From the IMG/VR virus record IMGVR_UViG_3300017650_000017, positions 1 to 40,858 of that record: a stretch of 40,858 nt of DNA. One strand, 5' to 3'. This DNA comes from a virus. Its lineage: Duplodnaviria > Caudoviricetes. The position numbers were made by a program, and so were the translations under genes. The notes below the pieces were generated by a model, which did no database searches, was not told the DNA's origin, and saw nothing but the letters and a program-made list of their open reading frames with translations. Positions 23,408 to 31,968 of the stretch are shown here, in pieces. Position 1 is the stretch's first letter. Every line of letters begins with the position of its first letter.

Positions 23408-24373
23408 ATGGCAGATTTTACGACTCTCAATAGCGATCTGGTGATCTACAATCGCCAGGCGCAGACCGCTTACCTGGAGCGCATCCAGGACGTGCTCGAA
23501 GTGTTCAACGCCAACTCGCAGGGCGCTATCGTGCTGCGCTCGGAGGCCATCGAGGGCGACCTCGACCGTGAGGCCTTCTACAAGATCGGTGGCGAAGTTG
23601 CTCATCGCAACGTGAACTCCGACAGCACCGTAGAGGGCAAAAAGATCGGTGCCGACGAGAAGATCGGCGTGAAGACGCCGTGGAAGTACGGCCCGTATAA
23701 AACCACCGAGGAAGCCTTCAAGCGCCGCAACCGTTCCGTCGAGGAATTTGCGATGCTGATCGGTCAGGACGCCGCTGACGCCACCATGGCCTACATGGTG
23801 CAGGCTGCGTTCGCCTCCCTCGGCGCCGCCATTGGCGCAAATGCCAACATGGTGGCCACGGGCAGCTTCGGCACCGATGGCAAGAAGGTGCTCACGAAGG
23901 GCATGCGAAAGTTCGGTGATCGGTTCAACCGCATCGCCCTGTTCGGCATGGACTCTTCCACCTACTTCGACCTGGTGGACGATGCCATCGACAAGAAGAT
24001 CTACGAGGAAGCCGGTCTCGTGGTTTACGGCGGTACGCCGGGCACCATGGGCAAACCGGTTCTCGTGTCGGATCGCGTGCCGGCCAACAAGATCTTCGGT
24101 CTTCAGTCTGGCGCCGTCGAGATCGTCGAGTCGCAGGCCCCTGGCTTCCGTCTCTATCCGATCAACGAGCAGGAGAACCTTGCTCTCGGCTATCGCTCCG
24201 AGGGTGCGTTCAACGTCAACATGCTTGGCTACTCGTGGAATGCTGACGGTGCTCCGGCCGCCCCGTCGAACCCGAACCTGACGCAGATCGGCACGGGTCA
24301 GAACTGGACCAAGTACGCCACGAGCGACAAGGCGACCGCAGGCGTGATCATCAACGTCACGTCTGGCAGCTAA
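23408..24373 (+). CDS. Major capsid protein
   Basis: 321 aa after scaffold with strong RBS; VFNANSQGAIVL, GKPVLVSD, NP....GTG.NW.K. Confidence 0.9.
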   Translation: MADFTTLNSDLVIYNRQAQTAYLERIQDVLEVFNANSQGAIVLRSEAIEGDLDREAFYKIGGEVAHRNVNSDSTVEGKKIGADEKIGVKTPWKYGPYKTTEEAFKRRNRSVEEFAMLIGQDAADATMAYMVQAAFASLGAAIGANANMVATGSFGTDGKKVLTKGMRKFGDRFNRIALFGMDSSTYFDLVDDAIDKKIYEEAGLVVYGGTPGTMGKPVLVSDRVPANKIFGLQSGAVEIVESQAPGFRLYPINEQENLALGYRSEGAFNVNMLGYSWNADGAPAAPSNPNLTQIGTGQNWTKYATSDKATAGVIINVTSGS

Positions 24374-24383
24374 CGCAAGAACA

Positions 24384-24408
24384 GGCCGGAGGGCATGGCT
24401 CTCCGGCC
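24384..24408 (+). terminator. Hairpin after capsid gene (weak terminator or stabiliser)
   Basis: GGCCGGAGGGC-ATG-GCTCTCCGGCC; poor U-tract. Confidence 0.45.
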
Positions 24409-24426
24409 AATCCGTTCGAGGGCATC

Positions 24427-24849
24427 ATGATCGTCATCTATTCCGACCAGACATCCGGCTTCCTGCCTGATTGCTGCTATCGCAACCCGCAGTATTTCCA
24501 AGCCCCTCTTGGCCGCCCTGACAAGGTTGTTGTCATGGGGCATTGGCCTGCGGTTGTTGCGGCCTATCGCGAGCTTGGCGTAGAGGTTGAGGAGCGGCCT
24601 GCATTCGCGGCGAACCTTGATCGGAACACGGTCAACCTCCCGCCACCGCCGCAGAAGCTCGTCAATACGGTAGGAAAACCGCAGCTCGATCACGACGGGG
24701 ACGGCCGCCCTGGCGGCAGCACTGCGCCAGAGCAGACGGATGATCTGAGGGCGCTTCGCGACGAATATCGGGTCGTCGTCGGCAAGAAGCCATTTCCCGG
24801 CTGGGATGCGAAGACGCTGAATGAGAAGATCGCGGCGGCTCGCCAGTGA
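24427..24849 (+). CDS. Head-region protein with C-terminal HeH-like domain (paralog A)
   Basis: IVIYS.Q...YRNPQYF..VVV..WPAVVAAY...GV.V; DHDGDGRPGG; LRDEYRVVVGKKPFPGWDAKTLNEKI. Confidence 0.75.
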   Translation: MIVIYSDQTSGFLPDCCYRNPQYFQAPLGRPDKVVVMGHWPAVVAAYRELGVEVEERPAFAANLDRNTVNLPPPPQKLVNTVGKPQLDHDGDGRPGGSTAPEQTDDLRALRDEYRVVVGKKPFPGWDAKTLNEKIAAARQ

Positions 24850-25136
24850 AATTCGACGAAGCGGGCATCACAAACCTTGGCCCGGTGCCGGAAGGGATGA
24901 CCTTCCTCGATGCCACCGCGGCGGTGAGCCCCAAGCGCAAACACCAGATCAATCCCGAGCATCACTCCAAGCGTCTGACCGTCTGCGAAACTGTGCGCGA
25001 GATCTATCGCATCGCTGCCCGTCTCCCGGAGCCAGAGCGCGGTCAACTGCAGCTCTTAGCGGGCGCGGCTTTTGATTATGGGAAGCGGATGGACGCCCGG
25101 ATGAAGCGACTCAAGGCAATGCTCTCTGATGACTGA
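24846..25136 (+). CDS. Hypothetical helical protein coupled to the glycosyltransferase
   Basis: GTGA-coupled; RLTVCETVREIY...GKRMDARMKRLK. Confidence 0.7.
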   Translation: MKFDEAGITNLGPVPEGMTFLDATAAVSPKRKHQINPEHHSKRLTVCETVREIYRIAARLPEPERGQLQLLAGAAFDYGKRMDARMKRLKAMLSDD

Positions 25137-26061
25137 GCCCATTCACGTCCTCACGTGGCTCTGGCAACAGCCTGGTGGCCGTACAAACTACCAGCCGTGG
25201 CACGTACGGTGTTGGGCTGACATGGTGCGCCGGCATCTGACGATGCCGCACACGCTGGCGGTGGTCACGGACGTTCCGGGCGACTACGGCGACATCGAGG
25301 TTATCGCCCCTCCCCGCGATTTCGAGGACGTGCGTATCCCCACATGGGGCCAGCACATGCCTCAGTGCTTGCGGCGTCTTGCTATGTTCCGGCCCGATGC
25401 TGCGGCGATCTTCGGTGAGCGGTTCGTTTCGATGGACCTCGATTGCGTCATCAGCGGTTCGCTCGATCCTCTATTCGACCGAGACGAAGATTTCGTGATG
25501 TACCGCGGAACGAACGCGGCCCGCCCGTACAACGGCAGTCTCCTGATGATGACGGCCGGTGCGCGCCCGCAGGTCTACACAGAGTTCACGCCAGAAGGTG
25601 CTGTCGCAGCAGGCGAAAAGTACATCGGCAGCGACCAGGCCTGGATCAGCTACGTTCTGGGCCCAGGTGAGGCTGTCTGGGGTGCCAACGATGGCGTTCA
25701 CGCCTGGAATAGCCGCCTAAATGTCGGTGAGCCACGGGTGACGTTCTTCCTCCAGCCTGAAAAGCCGTGGTCCTACGTCGCCAAGGGTGAGCCGTACTGC
25801 ACCGAGCACTATCGGCGCGAGCCACACGATGGCCGCGCGCTGATCTTGGGTTATGCGCAGACGGTCTGGGATGACGCCGAGCGCGCTCTGTCTGGTGGCC
25901 GGTTCGATGCCGTGATTGCCTCACCGGAAGCTGCGCAACACTGGCCTCAACCGGTAGATGCTGTTGCCGGCGACGACGATCAGGCAATTCGCATCGCGCA
26001 CATGATGGGCTTCACCGACTACGTGTTCTGTGGTCGGCAACCGGCAGAGGTCGCGGCCTAA
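25129..26061 (+). CDS. GT-A fold glycosyltransferase with extra C-terminal domain
   Basis: MVRRHLT.P....VVTD, RLAMF, DxD motif SMDLDCVISGSLD.LF, YNGSLLMM, GSDQAWIS, KPW. Confidence 0.8.
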   Translation: MTEPIHVLTWLWQQPGGRTNYQPWHVRCWADMVRRHLTMPHTLAVVTDVPGDYGDIEVIAPPRDFEDVRIPTWGQHMPQCLRRLAMFRPDAAAIFGERFVSMDLDCVISGSLDPLFDRDEDFVMYRGTNAARPYNGSLLMMTAGARPQVYTEFTPEGAVAAGEKYIGSDQAWISYVLGPGEAVWGANDGVHAWNSRLNVGEPRVTFFLQPEKPWSYVAKGEPYCTEHYRREPHDGRALILGYAQTVWDDAERALSGGRFDAVIASPEAAQHWPQPVDAVAGDDDQAIRIAHMMGFTDYVFCGRQPAEVAA

Positions 26062-26420
26062 TGGAGATCGTCTACGCCATCCAGCGTGTTCCAGAGATCA
26101 AGGGGAGGCGCTTCATCAACGCTCAGTTCTTCACTGGCGTGGTCGCTGATGTGGCACGTGTGTTCGTCGATAGCGCTTTCCCGGCGATTGCTGAGGCGTA
26201 CAAGGCCGCTGGCGTGCCGGTGGTTATGATCGGTGCCGGATACAGGGCGACGCTCTCTGAGCCTCCTGCGGCGCTTGTCGAGCGCGTTGTGCGCAAGACC
26301 GCCGATGACATGACCAGCGCCGAGCTTCGTCAGGCCATCTTTGAGGCGAACGGCAGGCGGCCAGGATCACGCACGGCGCGGGATAAACTGCTCGCCATGT
26401 ACGCGGAGGCACATCGCTGA
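26061..26420 (+). CDS. Head-region protein with C-terminal HeH-like domain (paralog B)
   Basis: EIVYA.Q...FINAQFF..VFV..FPAIAEAY...GV.V; MTSAELRQAI...GRRPGSRTARDKLL. Confidence 0.75.
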   Translation: MEIVYAIQRVPEIKGRRFINAQFFTGVVADVARVFVDSAFPAIAEAYKAAGVPVVMIGAGYRATLSEPPAALVERVVRKTADDMTSAELRQAIFEANGRRPGSRTARDKLLAMYAEAHR

Positions 26421-26644
26421 TGAGCAACGTGGTGAAGCTAGAGCCTGTCAGCGTCGGGGACAGCTTCCGCTTCGAGGCTGATACGATCCTGGAGGCTGCA
26501 AAGGGTCAAGGTCTTAGGACCGTTGCAGTGCTCGGACAATGCGAGGATGGCACGATCTGGGTAAGCGGTTCGGCCAATGCTGGCGAGACGTTGGTTCTCA
26601 TGGAGCTTGCCAAGCGTCAGATCGTGTTTGGTGGCGAAGAATGA
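26420..26644 (+). CDS. Small conserved phage protein
   Basis: DTILEAAKG..L..VAVLG...DG.I.VSGS...ETL.LME.AK. Confidence 0.7.
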   Translation: MSNVVKLEPVSVGDSFRFEADTILEAAKGQGLRTVAVLGQCEDGTIWVSGSANAGETLVLMELAKRQIVFGGEE

Positions 26645-26847
26645 CCATTGAAGTGCAGGCGGTCAACGTCGGCCGCCGCCTAGCAATGACCTCCGATGGC
26701 ATCGTTGGCGACATCGTTGAGTTTCTCGGCCGCGATGGCGACGAAACCCTGAACGCCGAAGACGCAGCGATTGCCATTGTGCACTGGCGCGGCGGCGGGT
26801 TCACACCGGTTGTTCTGTCTGACTACGAGCCAACCGCGAGGCATTGA
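26641..26847 (+). CDS. Small phage protein
   Basis: ATGA-coupled; DG....I..FLG.DGDET...EDA..A. Confidence 0.65.
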   Translation: MTIEVQAVNVGRRLAMTSDGIVGDIVEFLGRDGDETLNAEDAAIAIVHWRGGGFTPVVLSDYEPTARH

Positions 26848-26848
26848 A

Positions 26849-26962
26849 ATGACGCACAAGGAACTAGGTGAACGCATCGGCTTCTGCCTTGGCGTTGCTT
26901 TCAAGCTCTCCCGCGACATCATCATCATCGTTGCATGCCTGCGCTATTTGGGCGGCATGTAG
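26849..26962 (+). CDS. 37-aa hydrophobic peptide
   Basis: GAGG RBS; MTHKELGERIGFCLGVAFKLSRDIIIIVACLRYLGGM. Confidence 0.45.
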   Translation: MTHKELGERIGFCLGVAFKLSRDIIIIVACLRYLGGM

Positions 26963-26976
26963 TCAGGAAGCCAATC

Positions 26977-27402
26977 ATGCTGTCGTTCACAGAGCTTGCC
27001 GTGTCCATCGAAGAGGCCGACGCCTACGTTTCGGAACGGGCCTACACGGACTGGACTGGCACTGACCAGGCCAAGACTGCTGCCCTGCGTCGTGGTCAGG
27101 ATTTCGTCTGCGGGGTCTACAATGGGCGCTGGTCCGTCGAGTTCGAGAATGACGATGCCCCCGATGGGGTGAAGTTTGCCATCGTTGAGGCGGCCCGTCG
27201 CGAGTTGGTCAAGCCGGGGAGCATGTCGCCCGACCTCAAACGTGGTGGCGCCATCAAATCGGTGGGAGCTGGATCCGCTCGCGTTGAGTTTGCCGATGGG
27301 GCGCCAGCCGAGACGACGTTCCTCGCTATCGACCGGCTTCTGTCAGGGCTTCTGGTAAGCACGTCGAGCACGACAGTCGTCGGCTTCTGTGCGAGGGCCT
27401 AG
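26977..27402 (+). CDS. Head-tail connector (DnaT-like-annotated family)
   Basis: VSIEEADAY..R...W......K.AALRRG.DF; P..VK.A..EAA; K.VG...VEF. Confidence 0.75.
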   Translation: MLSFTELAVSIEEADAYVSERAYTDWTGTDQAKTAALRRGQDFVCGVYNGRWSVEFENDDAPDGVKFAIVEAARRELVKPGSMSPDLKRGGAIKSVGAGSARVEFADGAPAETTFLAIDRLLSGLLVSTSSTTVVGFCARA

Positions 27403-27405
27403 CCG

Positions 27406-27777
27406 GTGTCCATTCTCGACGGTGAGCTTGCCGAGCTGATCTATGATGCACTTGAGGGCGCTGACGTTCCGTATGGCCTGACTCTGATCCGCAGCGTCCC
27501 AGGCAGCACTGCGCCTCCGTATAGCGCGCACAACCCTGGCTCGGCGACCACCCAGACGTTCGGATGCCGAGGGTTTATTGACGATTACCGCGCCGACCAG
27601 CGCGACGGGACGATCATCCAAGTCAATGACCGCAAAGTGATCGTCCTCGCGCCGTCCCTGTCTGTCACCCCTGCCCCTCAGGACAAGATCACGGCACGCG
27701 GGACTCAATACGTGGTGGTATCGGTGCGGGCCGATCCGGCGATGGCGACCTGGACGATCCAAGCGAGGTCATCATGA
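27406..27777 (+). CDS. Head-closure / head-tail adaptor
   Basis: G.IDDY....RDGT.I...DRKV.VLA...P...DKI....Y.VV.V..DPA..TW.IQAR. Confidence 0.8.
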   Translation: MSILDGELAELIYDALEGADVPYGLTLIRSVPGSTAPPYSAHNPGSATTQTFGCRGFIDDYRADQRDGTIIQVNDRKVIVLAPSLSVTPAPQDKITARGTQYVVVSVRADPAMATWTIQARSS

Positions 27778-27989
27778 CCGACATTAGCTCACTCGGCTTC
27801 AGCGTTGACACCAGGCAGCTTAAACGCATCGGTCCAGCCCACGTTCACCGCGAGATGAAGTGCCTGCTCGGGCTGATGGACAGGATCAAGCGCCTGCCCG
27901 CCTCAGAACAGATCGCACTAATCCGCGCTCACGTATCGGCAACTGCTCAAGACGCGGCGCTAGAGGTAAGCAGTGGCCAGCCGCGCTAG
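27774..27989 (+). CDS. Hypothetical protein with a tape-measure-like N-terminus
   Basis: ATGA-coupled MTDISSLGFSVDTRQLK... Confidence 0.5.
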   Translation: MTDISSLGFSVDTRQLKRIGPAHVHREMKCLLGLMDRIKRLPASEQIALIRAHVSATAQDAALEVSSGQPR

Positions 27990-29022
27990 TCTTCGCAAGC
28001 AGATCGAGACGCTGATCGATGCGTGGGAGCCGCGTCTGAAAAAGGCGTTCCTCGAAAGCATCGACGACATCAAGTCCAATGCAGACATGAAGGCGCTGGT
28101 GGAGGCTGTCGAGGCGCGAGACTTCAATGCGGTAGCTGATGCACTCCACATAGAGCGCGCTGCCTTTGCATCGTACGAGACGGCATTCACGCAAGCGTAC
28201 GGTTCTGGCGGGGCAACGACAGCCGCAGTAATCCAGTCGTCGATGCGCCGTGCGGGCGCTAGCGTTGTTATCCGTTTCGATGTGCGGAACCCACGTGCTG
28301 AGCAATGGCTAAAAGACGTGTCCGGCCAGAATATCACCGGCCGGGTCATCCCCGACCAGTTGGCGGCCATCCGTACGGTGCTCGAAGATGGATACGCTCG
28401 CGGCGAGGGCCCGCGCAAGATCGCCAGAGGTCTGATCGGAGATTGGAACCGTGGCACCGGCCGCCGTGATGGCGGCATCCTAGGACTCACCAACGCCCAA
28501 GCGGAGTATGTGGTCAAGGCGAAGGCCGAACTGGCATCGAGCACTGCGGCTGACCTGCGCAACTACCTGGCGCGCAACCGGCGCGACAAGCGGTTCGACA
28601 AGGCGGTGCTAGAGGCTATCGAGAAGGGCCAGCCGCTCCCCGCGAGCACGATCGCGCGGGCGACGGCGGCATATGAATCGCGATTGCTGCAGTTGCGCTC
28701 TGAAATGGTTGCCCGCACGGAAACGATGCAGGCGGTCATGGCCTCGCAGAACGAGGCGTTCAGGCAGGGTCTCGAAACCGCGGGTTACACCGAGAATGCG
28801 GTAACGCGCGTCTGGCGATCCGCCAGCGACTCCAGGGTCCGCCACACGCATGCGTCTCTCAACGGAACGTCGGTCACGGGGCTGGAGGCACCGTTCCGCT
28901 CTCCCTCCGGGGCGATGCTGATGTATCCGGGCGATACGTCACTTGGCGCTGGTCCAGCAGAGGTCATCGCGTGCCGGTGCTCCTTGGAATACAACATCGA
29001 CTATAGCGAAGGCCTGGAATGA
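27973..29022 (+). CDS. Minor head morphogenesis protein (SPP1 gp7 / Mu F family)
   Basis: RFDVRNPRAE, VARTET, W.SASDSRVRHTH..LNG, L.YPGD..LGA...EVIACRC. Confidence 0.9.
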   Translation: MASRASLRKQIETLIDAWEPRLKKAFLESIDDIKSNADMKALVEAVEARDFNAVADALHIERAAFASYETAFTQAYGSGGATTAAVIQSSMRRAGASVVIRFDVRNPRAEQWLKDVSGQNITGRVIPDQLAAIRTVLEDGYARGEGPRKIARGLIGDWNRGTGRRDGGILGLTNAQAEYVVKAKAELASSTAADLRNYLARNRRDKRFDKAVLEAIEKGQPLPASTIARATAAYESRLLQLRSEMVARTETMQAVMASQNEAFRQGLETAGYTENAVTRVWRSASDSRVRHTHASLNGTSVTGLEAPFRSPSGAMLMYPGDTSLGAGPAEVIACRCSLEYNIDYSEGLE

Positions 29023-29573
29023 AGAACCCCGGGCAGAAGTCTTTCTCCGCGACCATCAACGCTTGGTGCGCGCAGTCCGAGGCTCGGATGACGGCTGTGT
29101 TCCGAGATGCAGCCCAATCCGTTGCTAATGAGGTCCGCAAGCCTGTCGGCGCAGGCGGTAGTATGCCGGTTGACACGGGAAACCTCCGGCGCTCGCTGAT
29201 GGCTTCTACGGATCGTGTCCCGGAGATCAAGCCCGGAACGACGCAGTTTAGCGAAAATGATGGCCAGATCACTGCGGTGATTGCCAACGCTCCACTCGGC
29301 TCGGTGATCTATCTAGGGTTTCAGGCCGACTACGCCCGCCACATGGAATACGGGACCAAGGCCCACACGATCAGCCCGAAGGATAAGCAGGCGCTGCACT
29401 TCACTGTTGGCGGCGCAGGAGTGTTCGCGAAGGCGGTCAAGCACCCTGGCACGAAGGCATACGGGTTCGTCCGCAAGACAGTGCAGGATTGGCCGCAAAT
29501 CGTGAGCCAGTCGGCAGAGCGCATCAAACAGCGTGTTGATGCTCGCGTCGCCTTCAAGGGTCTGAACGACTAG
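29019..29573 (+). CDS. HK97 gp10-like neck/tail completion protein
   Basis: MPVDTGNLRRS, YARHMEYGT, VKHPGT, FVR..VQ.WP.IV. Confidence 0.85.
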   Translation: MKNPGQKSFSATINAWCAQSEARMTAVFRDAAQSVANEVRKPVGAGGSMPVDTGNLRRSLMASTDRVPEIKPGTTQFSENDGQITAVIANAPLGSVIYLGFQADYARHMEYGTKAHTISPKDKQALHFTVGGAGVFAKAVKHPGTKAYGFVRKTVQDWPQIVSQSAERIKQRVDARVAFKGLND

Positions 29574-29757
29574 GCTCAAAATGCCCGTCTTCTACCGCCT
29601 TGACCAGTACGGTCAGCATCGCGAACGACATGCGGCGCATGCCGTCAAGGCTGGCGGCGCCAAGCCTACTTTCTGCGGTTAGCCCAACCAATTCAAAATG
29701 TATGCGGTGCAGCAAGTCCTGCACCTCAATATCCGTGAGCGGTCGATCCGTCCTCAT
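29554..29757 (-). CDS. Small antisense moron protein (67 aa)
   Basis: MRTDRPLTDIEVQDLLHRIHFEL...; fills a 200-bp gap between neck and terminator genes. Confidence 0.45.
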   Translation of the reverse strand: MRTDRPLTDIEVQDLLHRIHFELVGLTAESRLGAASLDGMRRMSFAMLTVLVKAVEDGHFEPSRSDP

Positions 29758-29776
29758 AGCGTGCGAGACTATACCG

Positions 29777-30193
29777 ATGCCGACCGGCGTTGAAGCCAAA
29801 ATTGCCGATCTTCTGCTGACGCATCTCGGAGCGCTGACGTTCACGCCAGCCATTCCTGTGTCCTATCCAGGTGTACCGTTCACGCCGCCCGAGGGGACGT
29901 ATCTGGAAGCGACATTTATCCCAAACACGAACGTCAACCGCTTTGTGGGCCACGACAGCACAACGGAACACCGCGGCATCCTCCAGGTGTCCGTCTATGC
30001 CCCGGCATCCGTAGGCCTCATTCCGCCGTTGGGGATCGCCGGTAAGGTGGTCGAGCACTTCGAGCGCGGCGCGGTCATCGTTGATGGAACGCTGCGCGTG
30101 CGCATCTCAGGCCGCCCCAGCGTAGCCGCACCCATTCAGGAGCCAGACCGGGTGCACATCCCGGTCTCCGTGAACTGGCGAGCGTTTGCGTAG
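29777..30193 (+). CDS. Tail terminator protein (DUF4128-like)
   Basis: VSYPGVPFTPP.GTYLE...PN, GILQVSVYAP..G, HF.RG, IPVSV.WRA. Confidence 0.85.
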   Translation: MPTGVEAKIADLLLTHLGALTFTPAIPVSYPGVPFTPPEGTYLEATFIPNTNVNRFVGHDSTTEHRGILQVSVYAPASVGLIPPLGIAGKVVEHFERGAVIVDGTLRVRISGRPSVAAPIQEPDRVHIPVSVNWRAFA

Positions 30194-30229
30194 CCCCACC
30201 CCACTCATGCTTTAGACAGGAGAATATCC

Positions 30230-30724
30230 GTGAGCATCACGACCGCAAGCGAATGGAAGGTCGCCATCGGCACTTCTGCCGCCATCGACTGGACCTCCCG
30301 AGGGACAGCACTCGGAGACTTCGAGGACGACGTTTACACTGACATCAAGCAGATCGAGAGCATCGGTGACTTCGGTGACGAAGCGGCCGACGTGACGTTT
30401 ACGGCCTTGGAAGACGGCCGTGTTCGCCACCTCAAGGGGCCGCGCGATGCTGGCGTTCTTGCTCTGGTCGTTGGCCGCGACCCTCTCGACGCCGGGCAGA
30501 TGAAGCTACTGGCAGCCGAGAAGACCAAGCTCGCTTACAACATCCGCATCACCGCTGCGGATGCCGCCTCAGAGAGCCACACCAACAGCGTGTTTTACTT
30601 CCAGGCGCTCATTCAGTCTGCTCGGATCAACGCTGGTGCAGCCGACAACGTGGTGCGCATCAACGCCAACATCGGCATCACGTCCGAGATCCTCGAAGAA
30701 ACCTCCGAACTGATCGGCTCGTAA
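30230..30724 (+). CDS. Major tail tube protein
   Basis: IESIGDFGDEA..VTF..LEDGRV.HLKG.RDAG...L.V.RDP.DAGQ. Confidence 0.88.
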   Translation: MSITTASEWKVAIGTSAAIDWTSRGTALGDFEDDVYTDIKQIESIGDFGDEAADVTFTALEDGRVRHLKGPRDAGVLALVVGRDPLDAGQMKLLAAEKTKLAYNIRITAADAASESHTNSVFYFQALIQSARINAGAADNVVRINANIGITSEILEETSELIGS

Positions 30725-30735
30725 GGGGAATTGGT

Positions 30736-31149
30736 ATGGATCTATCCAAGTTTGCCGGTCTCAGTGAAGGGTTCGACAAGGGCGTGGAGATCGAAATTCT
30801 CCACCCCATGACCTCGAAGCCGACCGGCCTCAAAGTAAGCGTGGCGTCCTACAAGTCGGAGCGCGTTAAACGCGTGGAGCGCAGGATCGCCAATCAGGCG
30901 CTGCGGGAACAGGCGCGCAACCCGAAGCGCATCCGCACCGTGGAAGAGCACGAAGAAAAGGCCGATGAGATCATCGCTTCTGCGGTCGTCTCGTGGTCCG
31001 GCTTCGAAATGAAGGGCAAGCCTCTGGAATGCACGCCGGAGAACGTCCTGTCTGTTCTACAGAACACGGATCTGTTCTTCATCAAGGACCAGATCGACAA
31101 GGCGGCCGATGATGTCACGGCTTTTATGACGGCCTCGGGCAAGAACTGA
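30736..31149 (+). CDS. Tail assembly chaperone (gpG)
   Basis: EILHP.T..PTG.K..VAS..S; W.GF...G..LECT.EN; IKDQID. Confidence 0.82.
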   Translation: MDLSKFAGLSEGFDKGVEIEILHPMTSKPTGLKVSVASYKSERVKRVERRIANQALREQARNPKRIRTVEEHEEKADEIIASAVVSWSGFEMKGKPLECTPENVLSVLQNTDLFFIKDQIDKAADDVTAFMTASGKN

Positions 31150-31457
31150 GTGAGTTTGCCGAGGCCGCTTTCGCCAAGGGGCGCCGTGGCCCACTCCCAC
31201 CGATGCCGGAAGCCCTAGCGTACCTATGGGAGTGGTTTGGCGATATTGCGCCATCGCTCGGGATGGGCGCCGGCCTCTTCCAGGAGATCGACGCCTACTG
31301 CCGCTTGACTGGCGTAGAGATGGGCGCCTGGGATGCCGCAATGCTGAGGGTGATATTCGGAGCCCAACAGGCCGCTGGGGCAGTGAAGGATGAGCGCAAC
31401 GCCACCACTGGGAGCGGTGTGGTGGCGCTCATGCGAGGAATGCAGGCCAAGCGCTGA
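31113..31457 (+). CDS. Tail assembly chaperone gpT segment (-1 frame, probably reached by frameshift near 31120-31126)
   Basis: -1 frame open from 31113: ...ELSEFAEAAF...PPMPEALAYLWEWF..EIDAYCRLTG; GCTTTTA at the end of gpG. Confidence 0.65.
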   Translation, partial: CHGFYDGLGQELSEFAEAAFAKGRRGPLPPMPEALAYLWEWFGDIAPSLGMGAGLFQEIDAYCRLTGVEMGAWDAAMLRVIFGAQQAAGAVKDERNATTGSGVVALMRGMQAKR

Positions 31458-31463
31458 CTTGCC

Positions 31464-31913
31464 CTACTTTGAGTAGAGCGACCGCGCTTGGTCAACAAGC
31501 AAGTCAGTTGACGTCTTCCCGTCGATCTTCACCGAGTTCTTCGTAACGTACTCCAGGCTCCCGGAGCCGTCGAAATATTCGCACGTAGAGAATGATCTTA
31601 CTGGTGTGCCATAGGCGTTGGGCGCTTCATACTCGATGATCAAAGTGTAGTTCGTTGGGACCAGATCTCCCTTCTCGTATGCATTTAATCGGGCATTGTA
31701 GAGCGTCTTACTGGTCTCCTGCTTCAACAACGCCAAATACTCCGCGCGTGGCATGACCTTGTTGTCCTCTGTCACTGCCAGCCGTTTGTATCCAGATGGA
31801 GTCCGAACCCGATCTCGGATCGCTCCGTCACAAATCGAATAGAGTTTTGGCTCTTGCAGTGCCCATGCTTCGGCTGCCACGGCCAACAGCGCCAGCAACA
31901 CTATCCATCTCAT
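31464..31913 (-). CDS. Exported moron protein (signal peptide)
   Basis: MRWIVLLALLAVAAEAWA; C..AI..R..TPSGY, IEYEAPNAYGTPVRS..TC; antisense, lower GC. Confidence 0.75.
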   Translation of the reverse strand: MRWIVLLALLAVAAEAWALQEPKLYSICDGAIRDRVRTPSGYKRLAVTEDNKVMPRAEYLALLKQETSKTLYNARLNAYEKGDLVPTNYTLIIEYEAPNAYGTPVRSFSTCEYFDGSGSLEYVTKNSVKIDGKTSTDLLVDQARSLYSK

Positions 31914-31968
31914 ATCAATCCCCCCGAAAATCCGCGAACAATAAAGTGTTCGCTGCGAGGAATCCAGC

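Noticed and set aside
27973-29022. Minor head gene displaced from the portal as a novelty
   Set aside because: To my knowledge this order is common in phages with this portal/capsid type
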